Shown here one piece after another: positions 37,719 through 48,250 of a stretch of 64,000 nt of DNA. The notes under the pieces are model-generated. The model did no database searches. It was not told the DNA's origin and saw nothing but the letters and a program-made list of their open reading frames with translations. The translations under genes and the position numbers were made by a program. The DNA lies in assembly GCA_048013815.1 (NCBI GenBank), contig CM106585.1, forward strand, positions 14,880,001 to 14,944,000. Direction: 5' to 3'. How positions within the stretch are numbered: position 1 is the stretch's first letter; every line of letters starts with the position of its first letter. Source of the DNA: Setoptus koraiensis (lineage: Eukaryota; Animalia; Arthropoda).

Positions 37719-38958
37719 TCGACTGAAGTTTCCCGACACCAAAAAGAATAGTACACGTTATGTACGGACTGCATATTCTTTTAATGAAAATATTATCTTT
37801 GGCATCATTTTTTGATCGAGATAGACATGTCGAAAGTTCAAGTTGAATAAAGTATATGATACCAGTAGAGTAGGGGAAAAATAGTCGCACATCCAGATGA
37901 TTTAGATCCAGACTGACAATTGGCAAACTTGAAAGCCCCAATTGAAAACAAAGAAACAATTTTCATTTAGGTTCAGGAAATGAAGAACAACCAATCTAAG
38001 AGACAAAGAAAGATGTATCTTTCTGTAACTAGAGAGATATGATTCGAAGCAGGTCGCTATTTTTTATGCTGTCACGAAAGTTCATCTGTGTGAAACGTGT
38101 TTGCTCCGTATGCCTTGCCATCGATTAGTCTCTACAGATTAGATATTACTTTTCAGACATTCAGCCATGACTTATTGACTATTACACCGACACTGACTTC
38201 ACTACTTTAGCGCCACCAAGATCATTCAATGTTCAAACTGGAACACGACGGAGTATTGCAAAGATGGTCGATTGGGACCAGGTAATCACTTGGTTGCGCA
38301 ATGGAGCTGCCTGCTGATCACGCGTTGATTTCGCTTAATCAATTTAACCTGAAACACTATACTCTAGCATATGCAAGCGTCGATAATCAATAATCATTTT
38401 CTCGGCCTCCAACATTTGAACAACATATGATGGCATCAGCGATAACTGCCTAGACGGAGTTTAGTTTTGTGCTAGTTATGGTGGCACAATAAGACAACTA
38501 GCTAATTCAATCTATCTAATCACCTGGTTAGCTACTGCGCTGTTGCAGTTGAAAAAGTTGCATTAAATCAACTTGAAACTCTACAAAATTATAATCTTAG
38601 CCTAGGCACACACATTCTGTCTTGAAAAAAAAAATGAAACTTGGAGATTCTTTAAGCAGTTATACCACGTAGCGCATGAAACATAACAACACAAATATTA
38701 AAATTAAATCATCAGATAGCAACTGATTTACAACAGAATTAATATTTGCAACTGTTAGGCAATAACGCGATGATGATAGTTCAATATTGACACGCGCTTA
38801 TCTATAATTGAATAAAACGAACAAAAAAACAAAAATCAGTCAACTTCCGCCCGGCTAAACCGGATATAGGCAGTCGACAATTATAGTTATCAATTATTTA
38901 TTGTTAATTGTTGATCGTATTCATAAGTATAGGTTAGAAGATTGAAGCAGATCACTAA

Positions 38959-39828
38959 ATGGATGATACAAGCAAGCATATACCCATAGCAAGATTGTCG
39001 CCAAATTATTCCTATGTTTTCGAATTCGAAGAAATATTCGAATATGAGGACGTCTTGCATTGGTTTACGAATTATTGGCACTACTCATTTTATTTTGTTG
39101 CGATATATTTGCTGATGGTTTTTGGCGGCCAAGCGCTCATGGCTAACAGGGCTCCGTTTAAATTACGCAGAGCACTAACAGTGTGGAATATAACATTGGC
39201 CTTATTTAGTATTTTCGGCACAAGTAGAACATTGCCGGAATTGATACACGTTCTGAGAGAATTCGGCTTCTATCATTCTGTTTGTGTACAATCTTATTTG
39301 CGCATCAAACCGAGCGCCTTTTGGTCCATGATGTTCGTGATAAGCAAGGTACCGGAATTGGGCGACACTGTATTTATAGTGCTAAGAAAACAAGATCTGA
39401 CATTTTTGCATTGGTATCATCACATAAGCGTGCTATTGTTTACATGGTTTGCCTCTAGTGAGATGACAGCTACGGGCCGATGGTTCATCAATATGAACTA
39501 CTTGGCCCATTCATTCATGTACTCATATTATGCGCTCAAATCGCTCCGTTTCCGGTTGCCAAAAGTCCTAGCTATGTTCATTACAATCATACAAACTATT
39601 CAGATGGTTCTTGGAGCCTTCGTGACTTGGTACGCATGGTTTTACAAGACCTCAACAGGATCGTGTAGACTTACGAAGGACACGGCCAACTTTGCCATGG
39701 TTATGTATATCTCTTATTTTGTCTTGTTTGCGCAATTCTTTTACAATGCCTATTTCAATGTTAACACTGACAAGAATGAGCAAAAACGTAGACCGCACCA
39801 GATTGAAAAGAACATTAAAGCACAGTAA
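38959..39828 (+). CDS. ELOVL6: Very-long-chain fatty acid elongase, ELOVL6/baldspot-like, intronless
   Basis: KVPELGDTVFIVLRKQDLTFLHWYHH (HxxHH motif), MNYLAHSFMYSYY, multiple TM segments. Confidence 0.92.
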   Translation: MDDTSKHIPIARLSPNYSYVFEFEEIFEYEDVLHWFTNYWHYSFYFVAIYLLMVFGGQALMANRAPFKLRRALTVWNITLALFSIFGTSRTLPELIHVLREFGFYHSVCVQSYLRIKPSAFWSMMFVISKVPELGDTVFIVLRKQDLTFLHWYHHISVLLFTWFASSEMTATGRWFINMNYLAHSFMYSYYALKSLRFRLPKVLAMFITIIQTIQMVLGAFVTWYAWFYKTSTGSCRLTKDTANFAMVMYISYFVLFAQFFYNAYFNVNTDKNEQKRRPHQIEKNIKAQ

Positions 39829-40058
39829 ACATTTACACAAACTTTAAAGAAACTATAAATTTTCTCCTGAGCTAATATCTATTATTTGTTAGTCTCATCA
39901 TAATAAATGTTCGCGCGGTTCACTCTGTCCAGTTCTAAATGACTCAAACAATTCTTCTTCGAACACAATTAACGAATTTGATTCTAACATGCTCCTCTAT
40001 TTAGACTCAGAATTCCAGATAGCCCAAAGAGTTTTTATGGAATGTTTATGGTATAAGT

Positions 40059-40493
40059 GATTGGGTGATAGAGTCACCGGAACAAAAGGGATTGAAATTA
40101 TATAAATTGGGCGAACAAACCAGAATCGATCATGAATATATAAGAACATACGAACAGAAGATATTCAACTCGTGGTTCCTGCTCCGGTCAGATCGATTCT
40201 CAGAATATTAGAGGAGCGGATTCGACCCGAGCGAACAGCGGCGAAGAGCGTACGTCGAGAATCACATGTCGAATTAATTCGAAGGCACCTACAACGATCT
40301 GGAGATTTATTTATACGGATAGGTTATGTTTATTTATTTGCTTCGGTTTTTCCACTTGCTGGTTTGTGTGCAATAATAAACAGAATGATTGAGATCAAAT
40401 CCGACGCTTCCAAGATGTGTCGGGTATTTCAGAGGACATATTCTTGAAAAATTTCAACTTTTTTATGGATTCTCTAATCCAAAATCTCCCTGA
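40059..40493 (+). pseudogene. Deletion-ridden ANO10 duplicate
   Basis: Three stitched pieces matching ANO10 at about 35540-35676, 36865-37113 and 37350-37408, with frameshifts. Confidence 0.88.
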
Positions 40494-40664
40494 ATAGACA
40501 TACAATATTAACATAAGCAGCCACAGAACACTCAACCCCTTCAAGCCAGCAAGACAGAGAATTTAATCGCAGCAAATCGTCATCTGGTTTGAAAATCTAC
40601 TGTTATCTGATTGTTCCCGATCGCAAATAAATACTCAAGAAATCTTAATATTTAATCAATAAAA

Positions 40665-41513
40665 CTAATGAATGTATTTGTCCATAAATCTTTTGTGAAA
40701 CTCTTGACGAAGGGTGTCGTTGACGTAGGGTTTCTTTTTGGGGTCGGGTTCTCCTCTTGCACAATTCTTGAATACAACATCGTCATCCCATCGGCGCTTT
40801 ATCCTAAATGAGTCATTTTGTTGTTGTTGGTTATTCAGTAATGGATTACCAGAAAGAATGTTCTCCATACGGATTTTTTCCTCTCGTACTTTTTCTTCTG
40901 CCTTTCTCATCTCTTCCTCGGCGGCACGCTCTTGCTTGATTCTGTTCAATTCCGCCAGTAGTTCTTTCGGATCATCCTCTTCCAGATCGTCCTCGTCAAA
41001 ATCTCCATCTCCAAGATCATCGTCTGCATCCAACTGAGCGAAGGCGTCAAGATTGGGAGGTGTGAAGCAATGAGGTGAGAGTGGTGAAGAGTCGCTGCTT
41101 TGATTTTGTCGAGGATTCGTTTGCACAGGAGATTTTTTATCTTGGCTATCTTCTGCACAATCCGTTTCGAGTTTCCTAATGGACTCCAATTCCTGCTCTT
41201 CCTTTTCTTTGAGTTTTTCCGCTTTAATAGCCAATCTGATCTGAGTTGCGTACTCAAGACTTGGCAAATAGGTTGGCAAGTTAGCTCTGCCCTTCTCCAA
41301 ATCAGCTATTCTTTCTCTCTGTTCCAATAATGATTTGAGGTCCTTGGATTTTATTTCATCTTGAGTTCCCTGGCCAGGTTTTCTCTCTTTTAGGGTCAGG
41401 TGAGCGGGGAGATCGCGACTGGACAATTGCTTGGATAAAGCACTTAGACTTTTCTCTCCACGTTGGTTACCACCCCGAGCCGGATCGAATGTTGGTCTAG
41501 CGGCCGTAGTCAT
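40665..41513 (-). CDS. CWC15: Spliceosome-associated protein CWC15, intronless
   Basis: MTTAARPTFDPARGG, SSRDLPAHLTLKER, IKRRWDDDVVFKNCARG, NDTLRQEFHKRFMDKYIH. Confidence 0.96.
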   Translation of the reverse strand: MTTAARPTFDPARGGNQRGEKSLSALSKQLSSRDLPAHLTLKERKPGQGTQDEIKSKDLKSLLEQRERIADLEKGRANLPTYLPSLEYATQIRLAIKAEKLKEKEEQELESIRKLETDCAEDSQDKKSPVQTNPRQNQSSDSSPLSPHCFTPPNLDAFAQLDADDDLGDGDFDEDDLEEDDPKELLAELNRIKQERAAEEEMRKAEEKVREEKIRMENILSGNPLLNNQQQQNDSFRIKRRWDDDVVFKNCARGEPDPKKKPYVNDTLRQEFHKRFMDKYIH

Positions 41514-41908
41514 GGTGTGGTAATGTGGTTGATGATGATCGTAATAGAATTAAATGAGAATTGTCCCCAGGAGTTATCTACGAGAGATTAGTTATTATTA
41601 TAAATAGTGAAATGATATCAGTTTCACAAATGCTGACTATCTTCGGTAGAGAAATATTTTGTAAATAACGCGTCAGCTGTACGAAAAGTTAACTGTGCCA
41701 GCTTTTGCCACAACTGTGCAAATGTGACGTTTACTAGCGTATTCATCATGCAGTCCAAGCGAATAATTTCAATGCATGACGTAGTTTGACAATCGGATAC
41801 CGATTAAAGTGAAGACTGGAATAAATTTATGCTTTCATCAAATTATGTTATGTCCATGTTGTAGCTCCAATTAATTAGGAACTTAGAATATAATAAATTT
41901 TAATAGAA

Positions 41909-42344
41909 ATGTTACGGAAACCCAACTATACACCACTACCCCATTATGAAGAGGAGGGATCGTCGGCCGATCAACGGGTAGAGGATCTCAGAGGAAGCGT
42001 ATCTCAGTTGAAAGATGTAAGCAAACCCTACTAGCCCACTGAATAGTCTAGTTTTGGATAATGTAGAAGGCTCCCCTGCTTGTTCTGTAACTAACTCGTG
42101 TTTTTGTTGCTACTCTCGTCGGCCATTCTAGATAACCATTTGCATTGGGGAGGAATTGAGAAATCAGAACAAATTTTTGAAACAGGTAGATAACAATGCG
42201 GACTCTGTGTGGGGATATTTGTCTAATAATATGCAGAAAGTTAAAATGCTCCAACGGGCGGGCCATAACAATTATATTTATTATTTGCTGGCTTTTGCCC
42301 TATTTGTTTTTATTATCATATACCTATTGAACAAATTGTATTGA
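41909..42344 (+). CDS. BET1: BET1-like ER-Golgi Qc-SNARE, about 106 aa
   Basis: Exons 41909-42016 and 42132-42344. SNARE heptads (LRGSVSQLKD|ITICIGEELRNQNKFLKQVDNNAD) and a C-terminal TM anchor. Confidence 0.85.
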
Positions 42345-42419
42345 GAAGTTGATGAATGTGTTAGCATGTGTTTGAGTTGGAGTGCGCCTTCATCCACGCT
42401 TTAAACTCGTGGGTAAAAA

Positions 42420-43191
42420 TCAGACAACCAGCCTGTAAGAGATATACATTCCTGCCGTTTCACTAGGCCTAGTTATTTTGACAACTTGACCACGCTTCAA
42501 TCCATAGTATCTGGCCACTGGATCACTGGCCTGAATCCTCATTAATTGTGTATCACGTAACGTGTACCTATTGAGTAGTTCAGCTTTTTCTTCTGACGAC
42601 AAAACAACATGCTCCGGTACGAGCTACAGCGAAAGGTTGTTAAATGTTGATTAATTGAGATAACATACTGTTGTTAGTACCATCTATAAGTCGAAGTAAA
42701 AAATCAAAAACGTGTCTTAATTGTTCATCATACAAACATGATAGAATGAATAAACAACCTACCTCGTGTTCTGTGATATTAATTAACAATTCTGACTCAA
42801 GGAATTGTTCTAGAATGTACTTGGGTGCCATATCGGTGAGAGCTTGCTTAGCTGATGGTGTCATTCCCTGACGAACAACTATTATAGCCCTGGTGATATT
42901 TTCTTCTTGCATTCGCTGACAGTAGTTTTTGACAGTCTTAATGCCTATCTTAGGTTCGTCGGGGAAAAACACAAACATTTGATCGGTTGGGTCGTCGTTG
43001 TGGGCGCACATTACCATAAGGTCGCTCCTAGCTGGCTTCTTTTCGCTAGGTTTGTCTCCATATTGTTGTTTAAAATGATCTAATTTCTGATCCAATTCGT
43101 CTTGTGCAATCAAGTAGCCCCTGTCATGACATAATTGCAACACGGTTCTCCTAACACGCCAAAGTTTGTAGGTCTCGGCGTCGTCATCCAT
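42420..43191 (-). CDS. POLR2E: RNA polymerase I/II/III common subunit RPABC1 (RPB5), 210 aa
   Basis: Exons 43191-42763 and 42623-42420. [36 protein letters not shown]|[33 protein letters not shown]. Confidence 0.97.
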
Positions 43192-43402
43192 TTGTTATTT
43201 GTTTATGATATTTTGTAAGAGAAGAACAAATTACAGAAATGGTCCAACTGGTGTCCCTGCATCACCACTAGACGAGGCAAGATGCATCATTTTTGTAATC
43301 TTGAGAGCATGATGGCAGCGATGGTTACACCTGGTTTTTATTCGCACTGTGCACGAAATGTGCGCACGCGCCAAAATCAAATGTATCTGACCGTTCAAGA
43401 AC

Positions 43403-43597
43403 GACTCCGGGTTCACCTGGTGGAAATGAAAAAGTTTCTGAGAAAGTGATCCAGTTGCGTAATATGGTTGCCCACATCAATCGGTCATGTTGTCGGCGTC
43501 GTTGTCGACAGTTACGTCCACTGTTCGTTTCGACAGGCGCTTGCTTTGTGGCCGGCAGTATTACTATTGCATTAGGTGATAATAGTAACTAGTAATT
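43403..43597. repeat. Direct repeat, copy 1 (about 190 bp; partner 47476-47667)
   Basis: Shared blocks gagaaagtgat.cagttgc.taatatg and cgacaggcgcttgctttgtggccggcagtatta. Confidence 0.85.
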
Positions 43598-44189
43598 AGG
43601 CAGATCAATAACATTGACTCATCAAGTCCAAGTTGTAAGCATTGTCTCAACAAACGAAGAAAGACACAAAAAGAAGGGGCTCGCACTGGCCAACAAATGG
43701 TTTTACAACTTCACCTCAAACAAACTCCGGCAAGGCGGTTCACCGACTTCGTCAGTGTTATTTCGGATCAGTTTGACATCTCGAGTTTAGAGACTATGGG
43801 GTGGTCAGCACATAGTCTAGATATCAGTATAAATGAAAGTTGTTGGCATACAGAAACCTCTTGATCAAATCGATCAGAATGATAATGATCAGCTGCTTCA
43901 CTTGAGAAATGCCTCAACATCTTTTGGAGGTTATTAAGTTCGAAAGTGCAAAAACTAAATTCTGGAGTCTCACTTGATTATTACTCCGTTGATTTCATGT
44001 TTACGTCACTCAAACGAGTGTGTGAGCGAATATCTCCACTATGCGATTCACCCGGACTCTCAAGTATCTGCTATCCTTCGACACGTATTCTAACCAGAAT
44101 CTACCGAAACCCATATTTCTCTACATTCTTCATGGGACATATTGATTCAGATTTCTTTCATTTCCAAAGCAGGTTCTACAGATAAGATA

Positions 44190-45866
44190 AAGTGCGTTCC
44201 AGGTTTTCTCCTACATGTGCTTCATTGTGTAATAAATAAAGAACGGCTGATTATATAATCAGGAGCGAGGTCAATTAAGCTCACGTGACATATCAGTCAT
44301 TATAATGTTTGAGATTTATTATTATTTTTTAGTCAGAATGCCTTTGAGTGATAAAAAAGTGAGAGCAGAGAGGATCTGTGCGTTTTTTGAAAACAATGAT
44401 TGCAATACAGCACTTACTGTTAAACATTTCACTGAGGAGAAAGTGGCCAGGCAAACTATATATGATATATTAAAACGTTTCAAGGATACAGGATCCGCAT
44501 ATTCAGAGAAAAAAAGAGGACCAGAGGCCACTGCAACAGCTGAAAAAATGCTCAAGAAGGTGAAGAAGCTTTTCACGAAATCGCCCAAGACGTCCGTCCG
44601 AGAAGCCGCTGCCAAGCTGAATATCAGCACAAAGATGTAAACAACAGTTGGGTATTGATGTGAGGAAGCGACCAGTGGCACCATTATATAATTCTAAACA
44701 AATTGAGAGATGCAAGGAGGCTTGTCGCAAGTTGGATAAGGTCGCAATAAGGATCCAACCCAAGGTTCGCATCAATCTTTTATAAACTTAGTGCCAAATG
44801 TTGAGGTACCAGCCACTACCTACTTCAAGCCAAAAACCAAGTGGCAAAGTAAATATGGTGTATGGCAAGCTATTGCATCTGATGGAAAGTGCACACCACC
44901 GGTTGTGATTGAAGGCATGCAAAATGCCAAAAAGTATCTCCAGAACTGTTTAAAATCTGTTCTACTGCCTTGGATTGAACAGAACTATGATATTAGAGAT
45001 ATTATTTTTTGGCCCGATATGGCAACTTATCATTACACCAAGGATGTTACTGCCTATTTAAAAGAGAAGAATCTCGACTTTGTCGAGTTAAGTGAAAATG
45101 CACCCAACTTACTCCAGTGCCGGCCGATAGAGAAGTTCTGGGCATTAGTCAAGAGAAGGATGTCTAGCTATGCTAGTCCACCCAAAAACCGGCGATCTTT
45201 CATTGCCAGATGGAAGAAAGAAAGTAATTTTGTGATTAAAAAGGGGGTGTTGCGTTTTTGGGCTAAAATTTCAAACTGATGTTAGAGACATAATTCTTTT
45301 TTCGTCCCACAGTAGTCCACCAGGTGAGTACCCTGACCGCCCCCACTTCCGGTCAGTTGTGCGCGATTCGCTCATACTCTGTGCAGCACAATAGGCAGAA
45401 TCACGCACAGTGAGCAAAAAAAGTACCCCCTTTGATTGCAATTTTGAGGTCCACCTCAGTGCTTTTTTTCCCTTTTTTTGGCATTTTATTCTTTCTCGGG
45501 ACTTCGCCGAGCCGGACCGGAAGTTTGGTTGACTAACAAGAACGGGAACCGTGGAAAAAAGCACATATTCAAGATTTCCGCGGTGAAGGGGGCGTGCTGA
45601 CCGGAAGTGGGGGCGGTCAGGGTACTCACCTGGTGGACTACTGTGGGACGAAAAAAGAATTATGTCTCTAACATCAGTTTGAAATTTTAGCCCAAAAATG
45701 CAACACCCCCTTAGTTAAAAATAAGGGTCCCTATGCTGCTCTAAAGTCGAGAAACTTAAATATTAATGTTGAAGCTTAGTTGATACAATAAAATGTTTGT
45801 CTCATCATTCTAGTTTAGAATTCACAGTGATTTGAACAATTATACGAGAAAACCTGGAACGCACTT
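44190..45866 (+). mobile_element. Tc1-like DD37E transposon, defective, with a nested MITE
   Basis: Same TIRs as 21538-22223 (TA on the left, CA on the right). HTH part starts at 44338 and carries an 11-nt frameshifting deletion. Catalytic part 44791-45240 has WPD-x37-E (..CRPIE); the first-Asp motif was not found. The C-terminal KNKGPYAAL resumes after the MITE. Confidence 0.92.
45241..45712. mobile_element. 472-bp MITE with 116-bp TIRs inserted in the DD37E transposase
   Basis: 45241-45356 is the reverse complement of 45597-45712 with one mismatch. Termini are AAGGGGGTGTTGC; the TSD is not resolvable. Confidence 0.9.
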
Positions 45867-46084
45867 CACTGACCGCGCAAATAATCTTCCCCGGCAGTGT
45901 ATTATGGCAGAGAGAATCTACCATTCACATCTCACGCGATAGAGGATATTTTTTTTGAATCTCCCAGTATGACGAAAAGATCTGGTCCGGCCATGAGATG
46001 GCGCTTCAGAACGGAAGGTACAAACTCGATAATTCGAAAATCGCGCCGAAGCGGCCAAACGGTTTCGTCATCCAGTGATGGATT

Positions 46085-46275
46085 TTGCTTTGTTTGTTTG
46101 TTTGGTTGGTTTGTTGGTTGGTTGGTTGGTTAGTTGGTTGGTTAGTTAGTTGGTTAGTTAGTTGGTTAGTTAGTTGGTTAGTTAGTTGGTTAGTTAGTTG
46201 GTTAGTTGGTTGGTTGGTTATTTGGTTGGTTAGTTAGTTGGTTAGTTGGTTGGTTGGTCAGTTGGTTGGTTGGTT
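46085..46275. repeat. Compound (TTGG)/(TTAG) tetranucleotide microsatellite with a 12-bp higher-order unit
   Basis: TTAGTTAGTTGG repeated in the centre, TTGG runs at the ends. Confidence 0.95.
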
Positions 46276-46987
46276 TATTTGTCAGTTCTGGATCCCAGCA
46301 ATGCAACGCCTTGAATAGTAAGTGGCGTGCACTGCCCTACACTGATCTATTAAAGGAAACCTCGAACCTACAACATCAAATGCTCTTTATTTGTAGACAA
46401 ATTATCACCCAGTATCCCGTGATACAGATAAATCACTATCAATTGCATAAGTGTTCTTTATGTTCTGTGCCTTTGCAGCATAGATGTTCAGTGAAGACAT
46501 CTGATGCTTGCCAGACTACTTCCAGAACGTCTTCTCATCACAATTCTGACGCATCTTTCTCGCGTGTCGTCTTCTCCATGTCCTTGATTGTAGTCATGTT
46601 TGCTATTTCGCTCGTTGGTCGATTTCCTTTTTTCCCTCCTGACGGCCAAAGTACCATTTTCTCGAAGAGGCTTCAGCGGCGAAGGTTGCTTTACTCCATC
46701 TGTCATAGTGAGTATCCTCTGTTGTTGCTCCTGAAAACGCTGATCGAGAATGTTTGTTGTTATTTTGATCTTGCCATCGATTTCTGTGATTTTTGCTGTG
46801 ATGATGCTCTGTAAGACGCAAATAATAAATAGTAGCCGAGGTGGTCCCGCTGATATTCCTGTGTGAATGGCACAGCGACGAGGTGCAGCGTATTTATTAA
46901 ACTCTCGAGGGCATAGAGGAAGCGATAGTCACACCTCGTTTTTATTAAAAATGAGCAAGAAGTTTGCGCACGCGCTCAATTCAAATA

Positions 46988-47391
46988 CGGGGTGTTTCAA
47001 CTTAAACTACCTAACTTTTTTCTAGAATATCTTCCGATCCCCACAGTAGGGGGCGCTCAAACTTTTTTTTCGAAGAATATGAGTCAAAGGTAATTGTTTG
47101 GTAAGGACTCTATCATTGTGCGCTGCGAAAAGTTTTGATATATCCCCAATAGCAAAGGTACATTCGCGCCGGATTCTGAGCGGATGCGCGGTTTTTCAGG
47201 AAGTTTTTACACCAAAAATTCTCTATTCAATCGTGTTATGAGTCTATGGCGCGGCTTATAATTGTGAAATCATTGCCAACAGATTACCTTTGACTCATAT
47301 TCGTCGAAAAAAAAAAGTTTGAGCGCCCCCTACCGTGGGGATCGGAAGTTATTCTAGAAAAAAGTTAGGTAGTTCAAGTTGAAACACCCCG
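46988..47391. mobile_element. 404-bp Tc1/mariner-type MITE
   Basis: About 110-bp TIRs starting CGGGGTGTTTCAACTT with few mismatches; TA on both flanks; no ORF. Confidence 0.92.
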
Positions 47392-47475
47392 TATATCTTC
47401 CGTTGAGTGTTAGATTTGATTGCTCATAGCCGTATGTTCTCCAACTCTAACATCAGTGATGGAGTAGCCAGGATT

Positions 47476-47667
47476 GACTCAGGGTTCATCTGAGGGAAAT
47501 GAGGAAGTTTCCGAGAAAGTGATTCAGTTGCATAATATGAGCCCACATCGGTCATGTTGTTGTCGGCGTCATTGTCGCCATCTATGTCCACTGTTCGTTC
47601 CGACAGGCGCTTGCTTTGTGGCCGGCAGTATTAATATTGCATGGTGATAATAATAACCAGTAACTAA
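47476..47667. repeat. Direct repeat, copy 2 (partner 43403-43597)
   Basis: See copy 1. Confidence 0.85.
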
Positions 47668-48144
47668 ACAGATAAATAAAGTTGATGCGTTAAAGAGATA
47701 AAAGGTGGGCAGCCGACTGAAGTTTGTGACAGGTTGGTTTGCCGCATCACACTTATCTTGCTTTGTCAACTCATAAAAAGATAGAAAGCGAAGAAAAAAG
47801 TTGATTTATTATAATTGTTATTTTCTTCATTTATCGCTGGCTATCATATTATCGCCATGACAACGCCTAGTGGCGTATTAATTTGCTAATTCTGCATCTA
47901 ATTTCACTTTTTGTCGCTCAATGTCACACAATATAGGCTCAGTAGACACAGTGTTTGCGCTTGTGTCACCGTCATATCGCTTATTATATCTTATATCACG
48001 GACAGATGGATAATAATTTAGCATGATAACAATGATAGTAATGAAATAATCAGCAACAGGAATCAAGTTCTTCTTTCCTTGATATAACTTATTATAACTT
48101 AATACACTTAGATAGTATCGCCGGCCAGAGATTTGCTCGGCTGA

Positions 48145-48250
48145 GAGTTGCCAGCAGTCTGGCCAGCAGTCTGGCGACACTGGCGATACCGGCGATACTC
48201 GAGATACTGGCGATACTAGAGATACTGGCGATACTAGAGATACTGGTGAC
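48145..48250. repeat. 12-bp then 9/18-bp minisatellite (ctggcgata/ctagagata)
   Basis: Direct reading. Confidence 0.85.

Noticed and set aside
46085-46814. 202-aa ORF 46206-46814 and a telomere-like interpretation of the TTAG/TTGG array
   Set aside because: The ORF begins inside the microsatellite and has no motif. The repeat is tetrameric, not the arthropod TTAGG pentamer.
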